DNA from: Eledone cirrhosa
Taxonomy: Eukaryota
Assembly: GCA_964016885.1 (NCBI GenBank)
Contig: OZ024753.1
Span: 29,760,001-29,824,000 of the forward strand
DNA length: 64,000 bases
Reading direction: 5' to 3'
Positions 52,701 through 64,000 of this stretch are shown here, in pieces. The notes beneath the pieces were generated by a model, which did no database searches, was not told where the DNA came from, and saw nothing but the letters and a program-made list of their open reading frames with translations. Numbering within the stretch: position 1 is the first letter of the stretch; every line of letters starts with the position of its first letter. The translations under genes were made by a program, and so were the position numbers.

Positions 52701-53927
52701 CATTTAGGTCACCAGCAATAATTATATAGTCACTGTCGGTTATTTGGGAGGTAGTGAGCATCAGTATCTCATAGAATCTGTCTTTTATAGCGCCAGGCAG
52801 TCCGGATTGGGGTGCGTACGCAGATATTACTGTCACAGTAGTTCTATTTAGAACAAGTCTTATTTTAATTATTCTGTCATTCACTCTATTTACGTCTATT
52901 ATCTTATCCACCCATTTTTCTGCTAACATGATTCCTACTCCACCCAGCCCATTGTCATGCTTATAGCATCGTTTTTTACCCACAATGAATCTAGCAGACC
53001 CGCCCCTCCACCTGGTCTCTTGGATACAGCAAACATCAACCTCCTTACGTTCAAGCATTTCTACAACCTCGTTAGAGCGGCCTTTTAAGGTGCCTACATT
53101 CATGGTACCATCTCTGAAGTTTTGGATTGCGTTTGGTGGGAGCGGTGAGGGGGATGGGGTTGGGGTTATGTTGGCCATCCGCGGCCGAAACAAAGAGGAG
53201 GAGTCCTTGCCCTTTCGTCCGGCAGCATGAGGTGAATTTGTCGTTATCTTTGGCATTGTCTCCAAGTGTCCAGATTCTTCAGACTCTCCAGAAATTCCTT
53301 AGTCCATCCATCATATCGAAAAGCAACCAGGAGAAGTGAAAGCACAGGCCGCTGACTTATGATTGGTCCAAATAATAATGGTGGAGAGTGGGGGCGAGAG
53401 GGAGGGGTATGGGGTAGTTAGCGAGGAGAAGGTTTTAAATACACAAGATTATTTAGAACATCCAGACAGAATTATAGAATAGCATTGAGAAGTAGGATTT
53501 GGATTCTGGGCGATTATACAGATATATGGATGAATGAACCGAAGGGTGGGGAGACAAGAAGAAATGGTATTTTTACATTACATTTCGTAGAAGTGGACTG
53601 ACCATTAATAAGAGTTGACAAATTCTGAGATTCGTACCTCGTAACAGGTTTATTTATATTTGGTGCGAGTAGGGAGGGAGTGATCGAGAGAGAGAGAGAG
53701 AGAGAGGGACTAACAGTCATGTATGTGATAGAGAGGGGGAGTTGATAGAGATTTAGAGGGCCGAGAGAGGCCATTTTTATGAATCCTGGAAAATTTCAGC
53801 CAAAAATGGTAGTTAGTGAAACAATAACAAGCGATTAAAATACACAAGATTATTTAGAACAGCCAGACAGAATTATAGAATAGCATTGAGAAGTAGGATT
53901 TGGATTCTGGGTGATTATACAGATATA
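49786..53927 (-). mobile_element. Near-full-length RTE-clade LINE with (GAT)n tail
   Basis: APE + RT reading frames, tail ggacgttaaacgatgatgat, 5' region with a ~90 bp direct repeat. Confidence 0.93.
50154..53265 (-). pseudogene. RTE APE-RT ORF disrupted by stops and frameshifts
   Basis: TMNVGTL, CIQETRW, SAYAPQ, GDLNGHIG, QVDYIL, NYRGIKL, QFGF, KAFDRVP, GVQQGSVLSPLLF, YADD, LRWYGHV. Confidence 0.93.
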
Positions 53928-53940
53928 TATATATATATAT

Positions 53941-56165
53941 ATTTCATTTCTGAATTTGTTTAGCAAAATTCTTTATCTGAAAACGTGTGTTGAAACCGAT
54001 ATTGTTATACTTTGGGAGGGTCATGTTGCCAATAAGAAACACACGCACCAGTTGCTTTCACTTCAATTTATTATAATAAATTTATAAATTTAGGAATTTA
54101 TAAACTTCCGGTTGGTTGGTTGGTTCTACAACCAGATGATTGTTTATATACTGTCAAAGTTCTTTCGTCACACATTCTGTGACCTCTTCAGTGACTGGGG
54201 ATTCTTTTCTTTGTTTTAGTGCCTCTCCTTTGTTCTGTCCTACGCCATCTTGTTTGTGTGTGTGTGTTGTGTGCTTAGTTTGCGCATGTGTTACATCCGG
54301 GTGTCTGTGTGTTTATATTCGTTTATTTATTTGTTAATTTACTAGTTACTAGTTGGTTGTTTGTTCTATGTGCGTGTGTGTTTTCATTTTGTCCTTAATT
54401 GTAAGTTGTGATGTTGCTGTTCCACTCATGTTTTCTATTTAATTTTGGTTGGAGTTCATTTATGTTTATTGCCTCTGTGAATTGTCTAAACATTGCGTCT
54501 TTTCTCTGTGTAGATTCTATTTTTATTTTTATGTTCTATTTTAGCATGTTGGTAGAGTACAGATGATTCTTTACTATCTTGAAGGTCTCGCCAGTGTTCA
54601 TTTATCCGTTACCCTATACTACGAGCTGTCTCACCTATGTACACTATATTTTTATCTCTACATTGTCCTTCAGTACATCTTATGTTATATACTACATTTC
54701 TAGTTTTACAGTTAATATGGGGGCTTAATTTACACATTATACATTTCTTATCTATACAGGAGGTCTTTGAAAAGGGTTTGTATTGCTAATAAGTGTTTTT
54801 ATGGAGGTACCTGGTCTTTCTACTATCTTAATATTGAGTTTATCTAGGGCCCTTCTAAATTTGTAAGCTAATTCACCTCTAGGGGTTGTATCGATGAACA
54901 TTACACTCTGGTATTTATTGCTATCATACCATGAGTTTATTCTATTAGCCTTATTGCTAGTTCTTTTTATTCTATTCCAAAATTTGCTCCTATACAAAGG
55001 GCAGGTCCCATTTGTGTCGTTATTTACCATTTTTTCCCATTTGGTTCTGGCTCCTCTATATACTCTGATTCTATCTCTCTGATTGTAACCAGAGAACTGC
55101 ATACGGTGGATGAAGTGTTGTATGTGTCTCTAGTTCTTCGGGGTTGCACATGGGGGACACATTTCTCATCACCCGTACCAAATCCGCAATCAGTATGTTG
55201 ATTTTGGTATAGTCCGAAACAGCTGAGTTTCGGTGCATCAGGTATTTGGAAGTCATGGGTTTGGCATAATGGGAATGGAGGATTTGTTTTTTGTTATTGA
55301 TGGTATCTAACCAGAGCTCTGTGTCTAATACAGGTAATCGATGGTTGGGGTGTTTGCTTGGGTAGTCTATAGTAACTCTAATACTCTGGTGGATGGAGTT
55401 AGCTATTTGCTGGATTCTTTCCATTGTATTTTTCTCCAACTCCTGACTGTTCTCTAGTGGGGGTGTTTTAACTACGATGTTTATATCATCAACGTAGCGG
55501 GAGTACATTATCAGGGTTAAGGGGTCTTCTAATTGTTCTTTAAGTTTAAGTTTAAGTCTACTGTCCCACCATACCATGAATAGGTTAGCTATGTCGCCTG
55601 TAATGCTAACACCAATGGCTGCTCCCTCCTCTTGGGCATGTTTTTCCATTAAATTTGAACATATGTTCCTTAAGGGTTAATTTTATGCTTGCCCCCACCG
55701 CATGTGCAATCATTTTCTTTAGTTCATTGTGGTTTTCGGGAGTCCGTATGGCTCTGGTCCACCTGTTCCATCTATCTGTGTGGGTTTTCTTGGCCATTGA
55801 GGTAATGGTAGGTGGTCTGCCTCTTGCTGGTTTTGTAGGGCACAGGTTGCTAAGGCCATATGTATCTAGATAATTATTACTATAGGCAAGTTTAAGTAGG
55901 AGTCTCAGCTCACTGGTATCAATCCCACGGAATTCAACATTGCTCTCACTGATCATTTCTACGCATTTCTCCACAGCAAAATCCACGTCAATAGATGGAT
56001 ACAGGGACACAACATCCATACTACCTATTATGCAGTCTATAGTAACTCTAATACTCTGGTGGATGGAGTTAGCTATTTGCTGGATGCTTTCCATTGTGTT
56101 TTTCTCTAATTCCTGACTGTGCTCTAGTGGGGGTGTTTTAACTACGATGTTTATATCATCAACGT
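53941..56165 (-). mobile_element. Second, more decayed and 5'-truncated copy of the Penelope-like family
   Basis: Frameshifted ORFs 54752-56178 match 23753-26071; 3' UTR and tail match 26072-26615. Confidence 0.95.
54153..54195 (-). ncRNA. Hammerhead motif of the second PLE copy
   Basis: GTCA-CTGAAGA-G-GTCACA(gaatg)TGTGAC-GAAA-GAAC-TT-TGAC. Confidence 0.65.
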
Positions 56166-56589
56166 ATATATATATCATTATTAACCATGAAATACTATAT
56201 TTATATCACTGGTTTCACTAGAGAAGATATTTCCAAACTGTACAAATAAGATTATTGATATAGCCTGTCTAATCAATAGAAATATTCACGAATAACAGCT
56301 GGAAATGCTGGGAAGGTAGTGTTAGTTAGCTTTTGAGATACAGGGAAGTAGGTAGCAGTGTAGTTCCAGTTAACTTTGTTTGAACAGACATACCATAGAG
56401 AAAGAAGCAACTGGTTGAACAGTTACCCTGCTTTTTTTTTTATTTGTAGAGAATGCTGTTGTAATTTATGACTTAAAACATGTGGTCTACATTTTAAAGA
56501 CAGGCAGGATGTTTGTTAAAGGAGATGTGTTTACATTGAGAATACTGACTGACTAATAGTAGCCCTCATTTATCATAGACATTATTTCA

Positions 56590-57085
56590 CAGTATCGGTA
56601 GAGCGAGTATCAGACCCCATGCTTTGCAGCATAGAGTTATGGCCCTTTACGTTCTGAATTCAAATCACGCTGAGGTTAACTTTGCCTTTCATCCTTATGG
56701 GGGTTGATAAAATAAAGCACCGGTAATGCACTGGGATAAGACCTGGGCAGAGGTAGTAAGAGTTGATCTCAAATCGCTGGGACTCACTGAGAAGATGACA
56801 AAGAAACATAGCGAGTGGAGAGATTCTGTACTGAGAAAGACCTATCCAACCCATGCAAGTGTGGAAAAACGATGGTATATGTACATATATATATATATAT
56901 TCCACACTGTAAATGTGGTTGGTGTTAGGAAGGGCAACCTGCTGTAAAAATCCTGGCCAAATTTACAGCTCCATCTGATCAAGGTACAGTACTGCCAATC
57001 TGGTCAGACTTGTCTCATGACGTGGACGACCCGTCTAACTCATGCAAGATTGGAAAATAGACATTAAACAGTGTTGATGATGATT
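56590..57085 (+). mobile_element. SINE A copy joined to an RTE 3' fragment (56736-56877), followed by an RTE-tailed SINE/UTR piece
   Basis: KTWAEVVRVDLKSLGLTEKMT..WR; ccaacccatgcaagtgtggaaaa tail. Confidence 0.7.
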
Positions 57086-57122
57086 GTATATATAAAAGTG
57101 TAAAGTCTGTCTGAAGACAGAA

Positions 57123-57378
57123 GGCTCATTTGGCCGGTGCTTATCTCCGTTTCATGGCGTGAAGCGACTAAGTGTACTAGACTCCCCTCTGGACAGGACG
57201 CCAGTCCATCGCAGGGTTAAACCTCCAGCTGTTGCTGGTATGCATTTTCAGCTGAGTATACTGGGGCAATGTGAAATGAAGTGTTTTGCTCAAGAACACA
57301 ACACACAACCCAGGAATTGAACCCATGACATTATGATTGTAAGTCCAACACCCTTACCACTAGGTCACGTATCTCCAC
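57123..57378 (-). mobile_element. V-SINE-like tRNA SINE
   Basis: Minus strand: tRNA A/B boxes (tgacctagtggt, ggttcaattcc) and gcgatggactggcgtcctgtccag, which resembles the V domain. Confidence 0.75.
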
Positions 57379-57956
57379 GATTATGTATATATATATATGT
57401 GTGTCCGTGTTTGTGTTTACATATAAGATTATATTATATATATATATACTTGTATATATATATATATGTGTGTGTATGTGTGTCAAAGTAGGTAAGCCAC
57501 ACAAGAAGAAAATATAACAAGAACAATAATAATAATAAAACAAATGTCCACAGTAATCTAATGGTAATAAAATTGATTTGAGCTTTTTTTTCTTTATAGA
57601 CATTACTTGAATCTAGTAGGAAGCTGCTTTTGCTCCTTTATAATTTGATCTAATCGTTTCCTTAGTGAATTCTAAGCTATTATATTCTAGTTTTTATTTC
57701 TAATCTTCCTTCATTAGTCTCTCTCCCTTTGTATTTTATTTTTCTCTCGTTTTCTTTATTATTTTCCCTTCTCCTCTTTATTTCAACCCTGAATGTCTTT
57801 CTTTCAAGAAGAGAACCTTAATGATCCATACCCTATGTTTTCTTTCCAGCTTAACATTGATAAACATTACTTGTATGACTCATATTCTTGGGTGACCTTA
57901 ATTCAAATCTCTAAGCTTTAAGAGAGGAGAGAGACATTGTAGAGATCTCATGTGTA

Positions 57957-58186
57957 ACATTTTCATTCAGTTCTACTTCAGTCTCCCATCTAAGTTTACC
58001 AGCTTGTTTGCCTGCCATACAGTTACACACTTTTTGACATACGTATCACCACACACACATATATACACACATAAGAATTCAACCACATTTTCATCCAGTT
58101 CTACTTCAGCCCCCACTTTCATCTAAGTTTACCAGCTTGTTTGTCTACCATATTTAACACACTTTTTGACACAAGTATCACCACAC
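57957..58186. repeat. Tandem duplication, ~128 bp period
   Basis: acattttcat.cagttctacttcag...catctaagtttaccagcttgtttg...gtatcaccacaca occurs twice. Confidence 0.85.
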
Positions 58187-58500
58187 ATAATAATTATACC
58201 AAACACTACAAATTACAGACAACTGGAAAGTACCCAGAAATTAGGAAGTGCCAAACTTTTGATTAAAATATTTATCAGGCACCCATAAGACACTTGTAAA
58301 GATATTGAACAATTTCCAAAAGTACACATAATGATGATGATGATAATAATAATAATAATTGTTTCTACTTTAGGCACCAGGCCAGCAATTTGAAGGGGAG
58401 GGGGTAAGTCGATTAAATTGACTCCAGTGCATTACTGGTGCTTTCTTCTGTAACCCTAAAGTCTTTCCCGTTTTCATAACTGCAAAAGACACTTGCATGT

Positions 58501-59271
58501 TTTACTATATAACATTTTACAATTCAAAGAGCTGTTTCTCCGTCTGCCTGTCTGTCAACATTATATATATATATGAAAAGTCATTGTTGTCAAGAGAGAA
58601 AACACAGTGAGAGAGCAAGAGAGAGAGATGGATCATTTATGATGTCAGAATGAAAGTGATGACGACAGATGTTAAAAAAAGAATTTCACTATAATGACAG
58701 ATTGTTGTTGAGAAAGAAATACAGTGAGGGAGAGAGAGTGTGGGTGTGTGAAAGATAATAATAAATTGACATCTTTCAATAAGAAACATTTTCTCTGAAG
58801 TTTACAAAGGTGTTTTCACAAAAGGGACACAATGGCAGACTTACACTTACACTTCCTGCGTTATTAACTAGCAAATATATTTGTTCTGTAGAATATGAAA
58901 CAAAGTATTTTAAATAAATGTTATTATTCAACACTATTCAAACTGTTATTAACCCTTTAGCATTCACATTACTTTATATTTACTATTGTATTTTCACAGA
59001 AAAGGCTTTACCTTACATAATTATCTCATATAATATTGAAAATATGAGATTTTGATATTATTTATTTTGAGAACAATGCTTTAACATAAGTATGAACAGC
59101 CGATTATGACAGGTTTAAACAGAAAAAAGTGTGAGAATTCTGGCCGGTTTAAATGCTAAAGGGTTAATCTTCACCGAGAAAGTCAATCTAAACATTGTTT
59201 GAACAATTTATGAAGGAACGTATCTGATTAACAAATATTTTTACCGGGAGCGTAGCACGGGTTTTTACTAG
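58501..59271 (+). mobile_element. Possible Helitron-like element hosting a piggyBac-like MITE
   Basis: 3' end ccgggagcgtagcacgggtttttaCTAG|t; 5' region ttactatata...ccgtctgcctgtctgtc (5' limit uncertain). Confidence 0.4.
58953..59163 (-). mobile_element. piggyBac-like MITE
   Basis: TTAA|CCCTTTAGCATT...AATGCTAAAGGG|TTAA. Confidence 0.85.
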
Positions 59272-60307
59272 TAATTACTAAAACCAACCTATTATACTGG
59301 TACTAAAGGATATAAAATTCAATGTCAATTTCAAATACACTACCTTTAAGATAGTGTGTTCGTACTAGGGCATTAACATATATACACATATATATAGAGA
59401 GAGAAGGAGGGTAGAAACTGACAGGCATTAGGATACACTACTGTACACTGAATTTATAACTGAGAAATCTGAATGACCAAGATAACAACCTACACACACA
59501 AGTATTCACCCTACCACTATCACAATTGTCATATTTGCAAATGTAGAGAAGTAGGGGTATATTGTGTTTTATTCTGTAACTGTATACGGGGTGGAAGGGT
59601 TGTTTGTCAGGACCAATATGAGTGAATGTTAAATGTATTTCTTGTGTATCTAAACATATGCATGTGTACATGAGTGTGTAAAACGAGTATATATGAGTAG
59701 AGTAAATAAACATGTGTAACATTTGTGCGTATGTGATTTATATATATATGTACATCTATATTTATATGTATGTGTAATGTCTATTTTGTTTAATATATAT
59801 GTATAAATGAAGTAATTCCGTCAGTAAGGTCCAGGAAAAAAGAGTGCTCTATGTAGGTTCAAGAAACCACTGGTAAATGAAATAATTATCTTATGTTGTT
59901 TATTACATAACTAATATATATGTATATGTAATTTCTACATATGTTTTGGGTTTTGGCAAGCCTGTGAAGGTAATGAGGCCACATTTGCTTACCCCAAAAG
60001 AAGCTAACAAGAGAATAAAACTGATGTGTTTGTATGTGAAGAGGTGTTTAATGTATGCTAAGTGTGTAATATCTGGGTGTGTATGTTCTTAATGAAAGTA
60101 TAATGCATACATTTTTGATCTTTGTACAATGCCGTTAGTTGGGCAGCGCGCTTAAAAATTTACACCAGATTTTAAATTATTTTAAGGCCCCTTGTAAATT
60201 GTAAAGACAACTAGTTTAGCTTATGGATAAATCCAATAATTTGTATATTTCTGTATGTGTGGACGAACGGTTGTATAATTTAATATGTCCTATCTATCTG
60301 ATATAAT

Positions 60308-60501
60308 TATTTCTACTTCAGACACAAGGCCAGCAATTTGAAGGGGAGGGGAAAGTTGACTGGTATTTTATTTTATCAACCCCGTAAGGATGAAAGGTAA
60401 AGCTAACCCGATGGGGTTTGAACTCAGAACGTAAAGGCTCGTAAGTATATGCCGTAAAGCATGTTGTCTGATGCTCTACCGATTCTGCCAATCCACTGCC
60501 C
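60308..60501 (-). mobile_element. SINE A-related copy with 17-bp TSD
   Basis: tatctatctgatataat at 60291-60307 and 60506-60522. Confidence 0.85.
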
Positions 60502-62214
60502 TAAATATCTATCTGATATAATGTTTTGTGTACATGACTGTACACGTGTTCAAACACTGGGCCAAGTTGAGAATTAGCTGTGCTGTGCTACGACAACTCG
60601 TTAAATAGCTAGTTTTCCTCCCGCTTTCCCTTTACTACCACGCTATTTTAGTTGGCTAACCCAAACTCAAAAAGCAGAGATCTGGTGACAAAACTTTCCA
60701 GTAAGCAACATTAAAAAGAGAAAGAAAAACACTTTGTTGACAATTTTTTTTCTTTCTGTGTTGGTTGGTTTGTTTTGTTAAATATCTATAACCTGGTTCA
60801 TTTACTAACCACTCCTAGCGTGCTTACTTGATATAAAAATGATGTCAGCAGTGGTACAGGCTGAGTGAAATTCACATACATATGGCCTAACATACAGGCA
60901 CATATATATAGAAAGTTTCACATACACACACAGCGTTTTAACACATTAGTTCACTGCAACATACATATTCGCGAAGATTAAACGCACTCCTTCTTTCACC
61001 CATGTACTGTATAGCTTAGCACAAACACATGACACTTAACAGTTTTATGTTCAAGGAAGCTTACATAGGTAGAAACAAACCTAATAATATACACCCATAC
61101 ATACAAAGTACTAACACAGTTAAAGGATTTAACAACTCACCTCTATCCCACCACTCAAAAAACACACACACGCTAATATACTGAAAACACATACAAAGGA
61201 CCTCCTACAATGTTCGAACACACATATACTCAAATATACTACCACGCTCATTTATAGAGAAACACATACATAAAGAAAGACCAGGGAGTGTGACAGATAG
61301 AAGTATAGTTAGTGAAGAATATAAAAAAATAACAGCCCAGGAATATTGTATTAAATAGTCTGTTCACTTTTTACGGGTACTTCAAGTACGCGAATATGCT
61401 TTAATGCCTCTTGAAAAAAATATTAAATATTCACTTTTCTTTTATTTATCAGAGAATTAAACTTGAATTACGCGAATTTACTTTATGCGTCGAGTACACA
61501 AACGCATCTTCACGTAAAAAGCGAACACTGTATAGAGAAATTAACAATATTCATGGAAATAGAGTCGTAATATTAAGGTTGGGAAAAGGAAATATATTAT
61601 TTTCATGTTTGAATTTATAGTTAACGAATTTCTAAATATAATTAGTATAATAGATAATAATTTTTAACCAGAAATTTATGTAAACACATTTATACTCAAG
61701 GCCGAAATTAAGGCCAACTTATGCCCTAAGCTGTGACCAACAATGGCACCTTTCCACTCTTGCCTACTTTTCTATTGTGTAACTGACAATACATTAAAAA
61801 ATAAGTGCTGGATATGAAATAATAGATTAAAAATTAATTTTTCTTCCAAGCCAGACCCACAAACTATACTGAATATACGTCTTTTTTTCAAATTCTATTT
61901 ATTCAACACGAAATATCAATAAACCACATAAGCTAATTATTTATTTACTAGTCTACCCATGTCGTCAAAAATGACAACCATTTCTTTATCATAACTAATA
62001 AAGTAGTCATTATTTTTGTAAACAATAAGTTTACAACTCTATTTATTGTTGAACAGAAGTATACAATGATAAAAGTATTTTTTTTTTAAAGGAATGAAAT
62101 AATAAGCAGTAATAGACAAAGGGGGAGGATTAGAAAAAAAAAAAAATAGAAGGGAGGGGGAGATAATACACTTCTAATAATTATCTCTAACATTGTCACA
62201 AAGCCAACAATTTG

Positions 62215-62388
62215 GCTAGGCTGCATATCTCTCTTCTTCTTGCTCAACAAGGCTGGGGTCATCATAAGCCAGCGATTCCAAAGCATCATTGTGCGTAGAG
62301 CTGACCAGGTTCACCAGCACCCACCATTGCTGGTGGTTCCGTGCTAGCTCCTCTAAGGTGATGTCGAGCCTCCGGAGATCTTCCCTAA
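62215..62388 (-). mobile_element. RTE-like LINE 3' fragment
   Basis: REDLRRLDITLEELARNHQQWWVLV. Confidence 0.5.
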
Positions 62389-62644
62389 ATACATATATAT
62401 TTATTTACACCATGCATCTGATTTTTCATGCTGGTATGAACTAGGCAAGACATTTTTTGAGGTAGTATTCTAAGGTCAGGTGACCATTCTGATGCCAACC
62501 CTAATTTTTTTAGTAGGATCTTTGCACATCAAAACACTGATTTGCAGGGAATATTGTTTACACAAGACAAACAAACATCACCGCCTGGCAGTGAATACAC
62601 ACATGCCCAAGCACAAACTCTCTTATTGATCATCATCAATGGTC

Positions 62645-62800
62645 CTTTCTGTTCTCAGTTCAAATCCCGCCAAAATTAGTTATGTCTTTCATCCTTACGG
62701 GGTCGATAAAATAAAGTACCAGTATTGTGCTGGAGTCGATTCGATTGACTTTCCCTTTCCCCCAAAATTGTTGGCCTTGTGCCTAAATCAGAAACCATTA
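62645..62800 (+). mobile_element. SINE A-related copy, 5'-truncated
   Basis: gttcaaatcccgcc...ctttcatccttacggggtcgataaaataaagtaccag. Confidence 0.8.
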
Positions 62801-62899
62801 TTGTCATTTTTCATATGTATTCTATGATGGTATATGTTGGATGGGCTGTCACAATCTGGGTCAGTCCTTCTGTTAATTATTTCTCTGTGTCTGCTACAT

Positions 62900-63690
62900 A
62901 TGAAATCTTCCTTCTCTGCCAGCCTGTGTGTATCCCACTACACCTCTTGTGAACCTATGGCTTATATTTTGTACACAGTACAGAGTTTCTATCTATTCAT
63001 CTGCAAACTGTGTGTAGTCATCTCCCAGATGTCAGTAGAGACCAGTTTTCTTTCCTACAAACTAAAACCATTGTCTTGGCTAGGTTTAATTAATTCTAGG
63101 CTTTAGTTCCACATTTGAAATTTCTTGCCTACACCTTCATCAAATTCAATTATGAGAATAAGGTCATTGATATACAGGAGTTCCCACTGACAGCTGGTTT
63201 TAATCACTTATGCTATGGCTTTGAGAACTATCATAAACAGAACCCAATCCTGATAGACAACCACCTGCAAGCTGAATTCTCACAGAGCTCATTGATAATT
63301 CTCACTTTGCTAATGTCATCTCTGTATATGTCTTCAACATCTCTCATAAGGCATTCATCAAGTTTTACTGAATGCTAGAAGACATGGTACTCGGTCATAA
63401 ACTTTCTGCAGTTCAGTAAGTGCTCGATATAGTGGTGTATTCCTTTCTAAGAAAAATTCCGTAGTTGTTGTACTAGAAAGAGAACATCTGGCTGAGGGAT
63501 CTTTCAGCCTCCATACCTAGCTGTTGTGTTAGAAAGAGATCATCAGTGCTACTACATCTTTGTACAAACCAAAACTGAATATTATCTTAGCTAGCAGGCT
63601 TCCTAATTTGTGCTGCTATAATTTTTTCTGTTACTTTTATAATCTCATCTATCAATTTGATGCCTCTATAGTTGCTTCTTTGTAGCCATT
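62900..63690 (-). mobile_element. Highly decayed RTE RT fragment
   Basis: SNYRGIKLIDEIIKVTEKIIAAQIRK...IQFWFV...STDDLF parallels the RTE ORF at 51391-51545. Confidence 0.7.
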
Positions 63691-64000
63691 GCTGATCATA
63701 CGAATTTGATTAATAACCTTGGTTTCTCATTTTATATTAACTGTTAATGCTCTGTGGCTTAAACTGTCTTCATCTACCAGTTCCGGAGTATATCTGCATA
63801 TTGCCGACTTTATCGCACTCTTCCAAAATAAGAGTGGATTATTCCATTCTCGTTATATCTGTATATAGTTATCTTAATTTCAATGTTTAATTAAATATCA
63901 GTGTTGCACTTGCATCACTGCAATCAATAAACTCTGGTGTAATAAATCAAACTTAAGCATTATCTGTCAGTTGTTCTTATCTAAGATCTAGGGTTCACAT

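Overview
AT-rich, repeat-dominated eukaryotic DNA. The 5S sequence, SINE families and (TA)n-embedded Penelope pieces suggest an octopus-like cephalopod (inference). Host-gene content is small: two spliceable + strand exons (1253-1367, 7257-7312) ending ...WTEAKPKNKKKARREN*, which resembles the metadherin/LYRIC C-terminus, plus some weak exon candidates. The main large features are: (i) a young Penelope-like retroelement (RT + C-terminal GIY-YIG, Nematis-like) at 22548-26615, with a 1.1-kb inverted pseudo-LTR and a minimal hammerhead ribozyme in each arm; (ii) a second, decayed copy at 53941-56165; (iii) a near-full-length RTE LINE at 49786-53927; (iv) a 5S rRNA copy fused to a tRNA-SINE inside one apparent target-site duplication. 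Also present are fragments of RTE, Tx1/L1 and CRE-type LINEs, several SINE families, piggyBac-, Tc1/mariner- and pogo-type MITEs, Helitron-like pieces, foldback elements, and multi-kb (TA)n-derived microsatellites that produce the spurious long YIYI ORFs.
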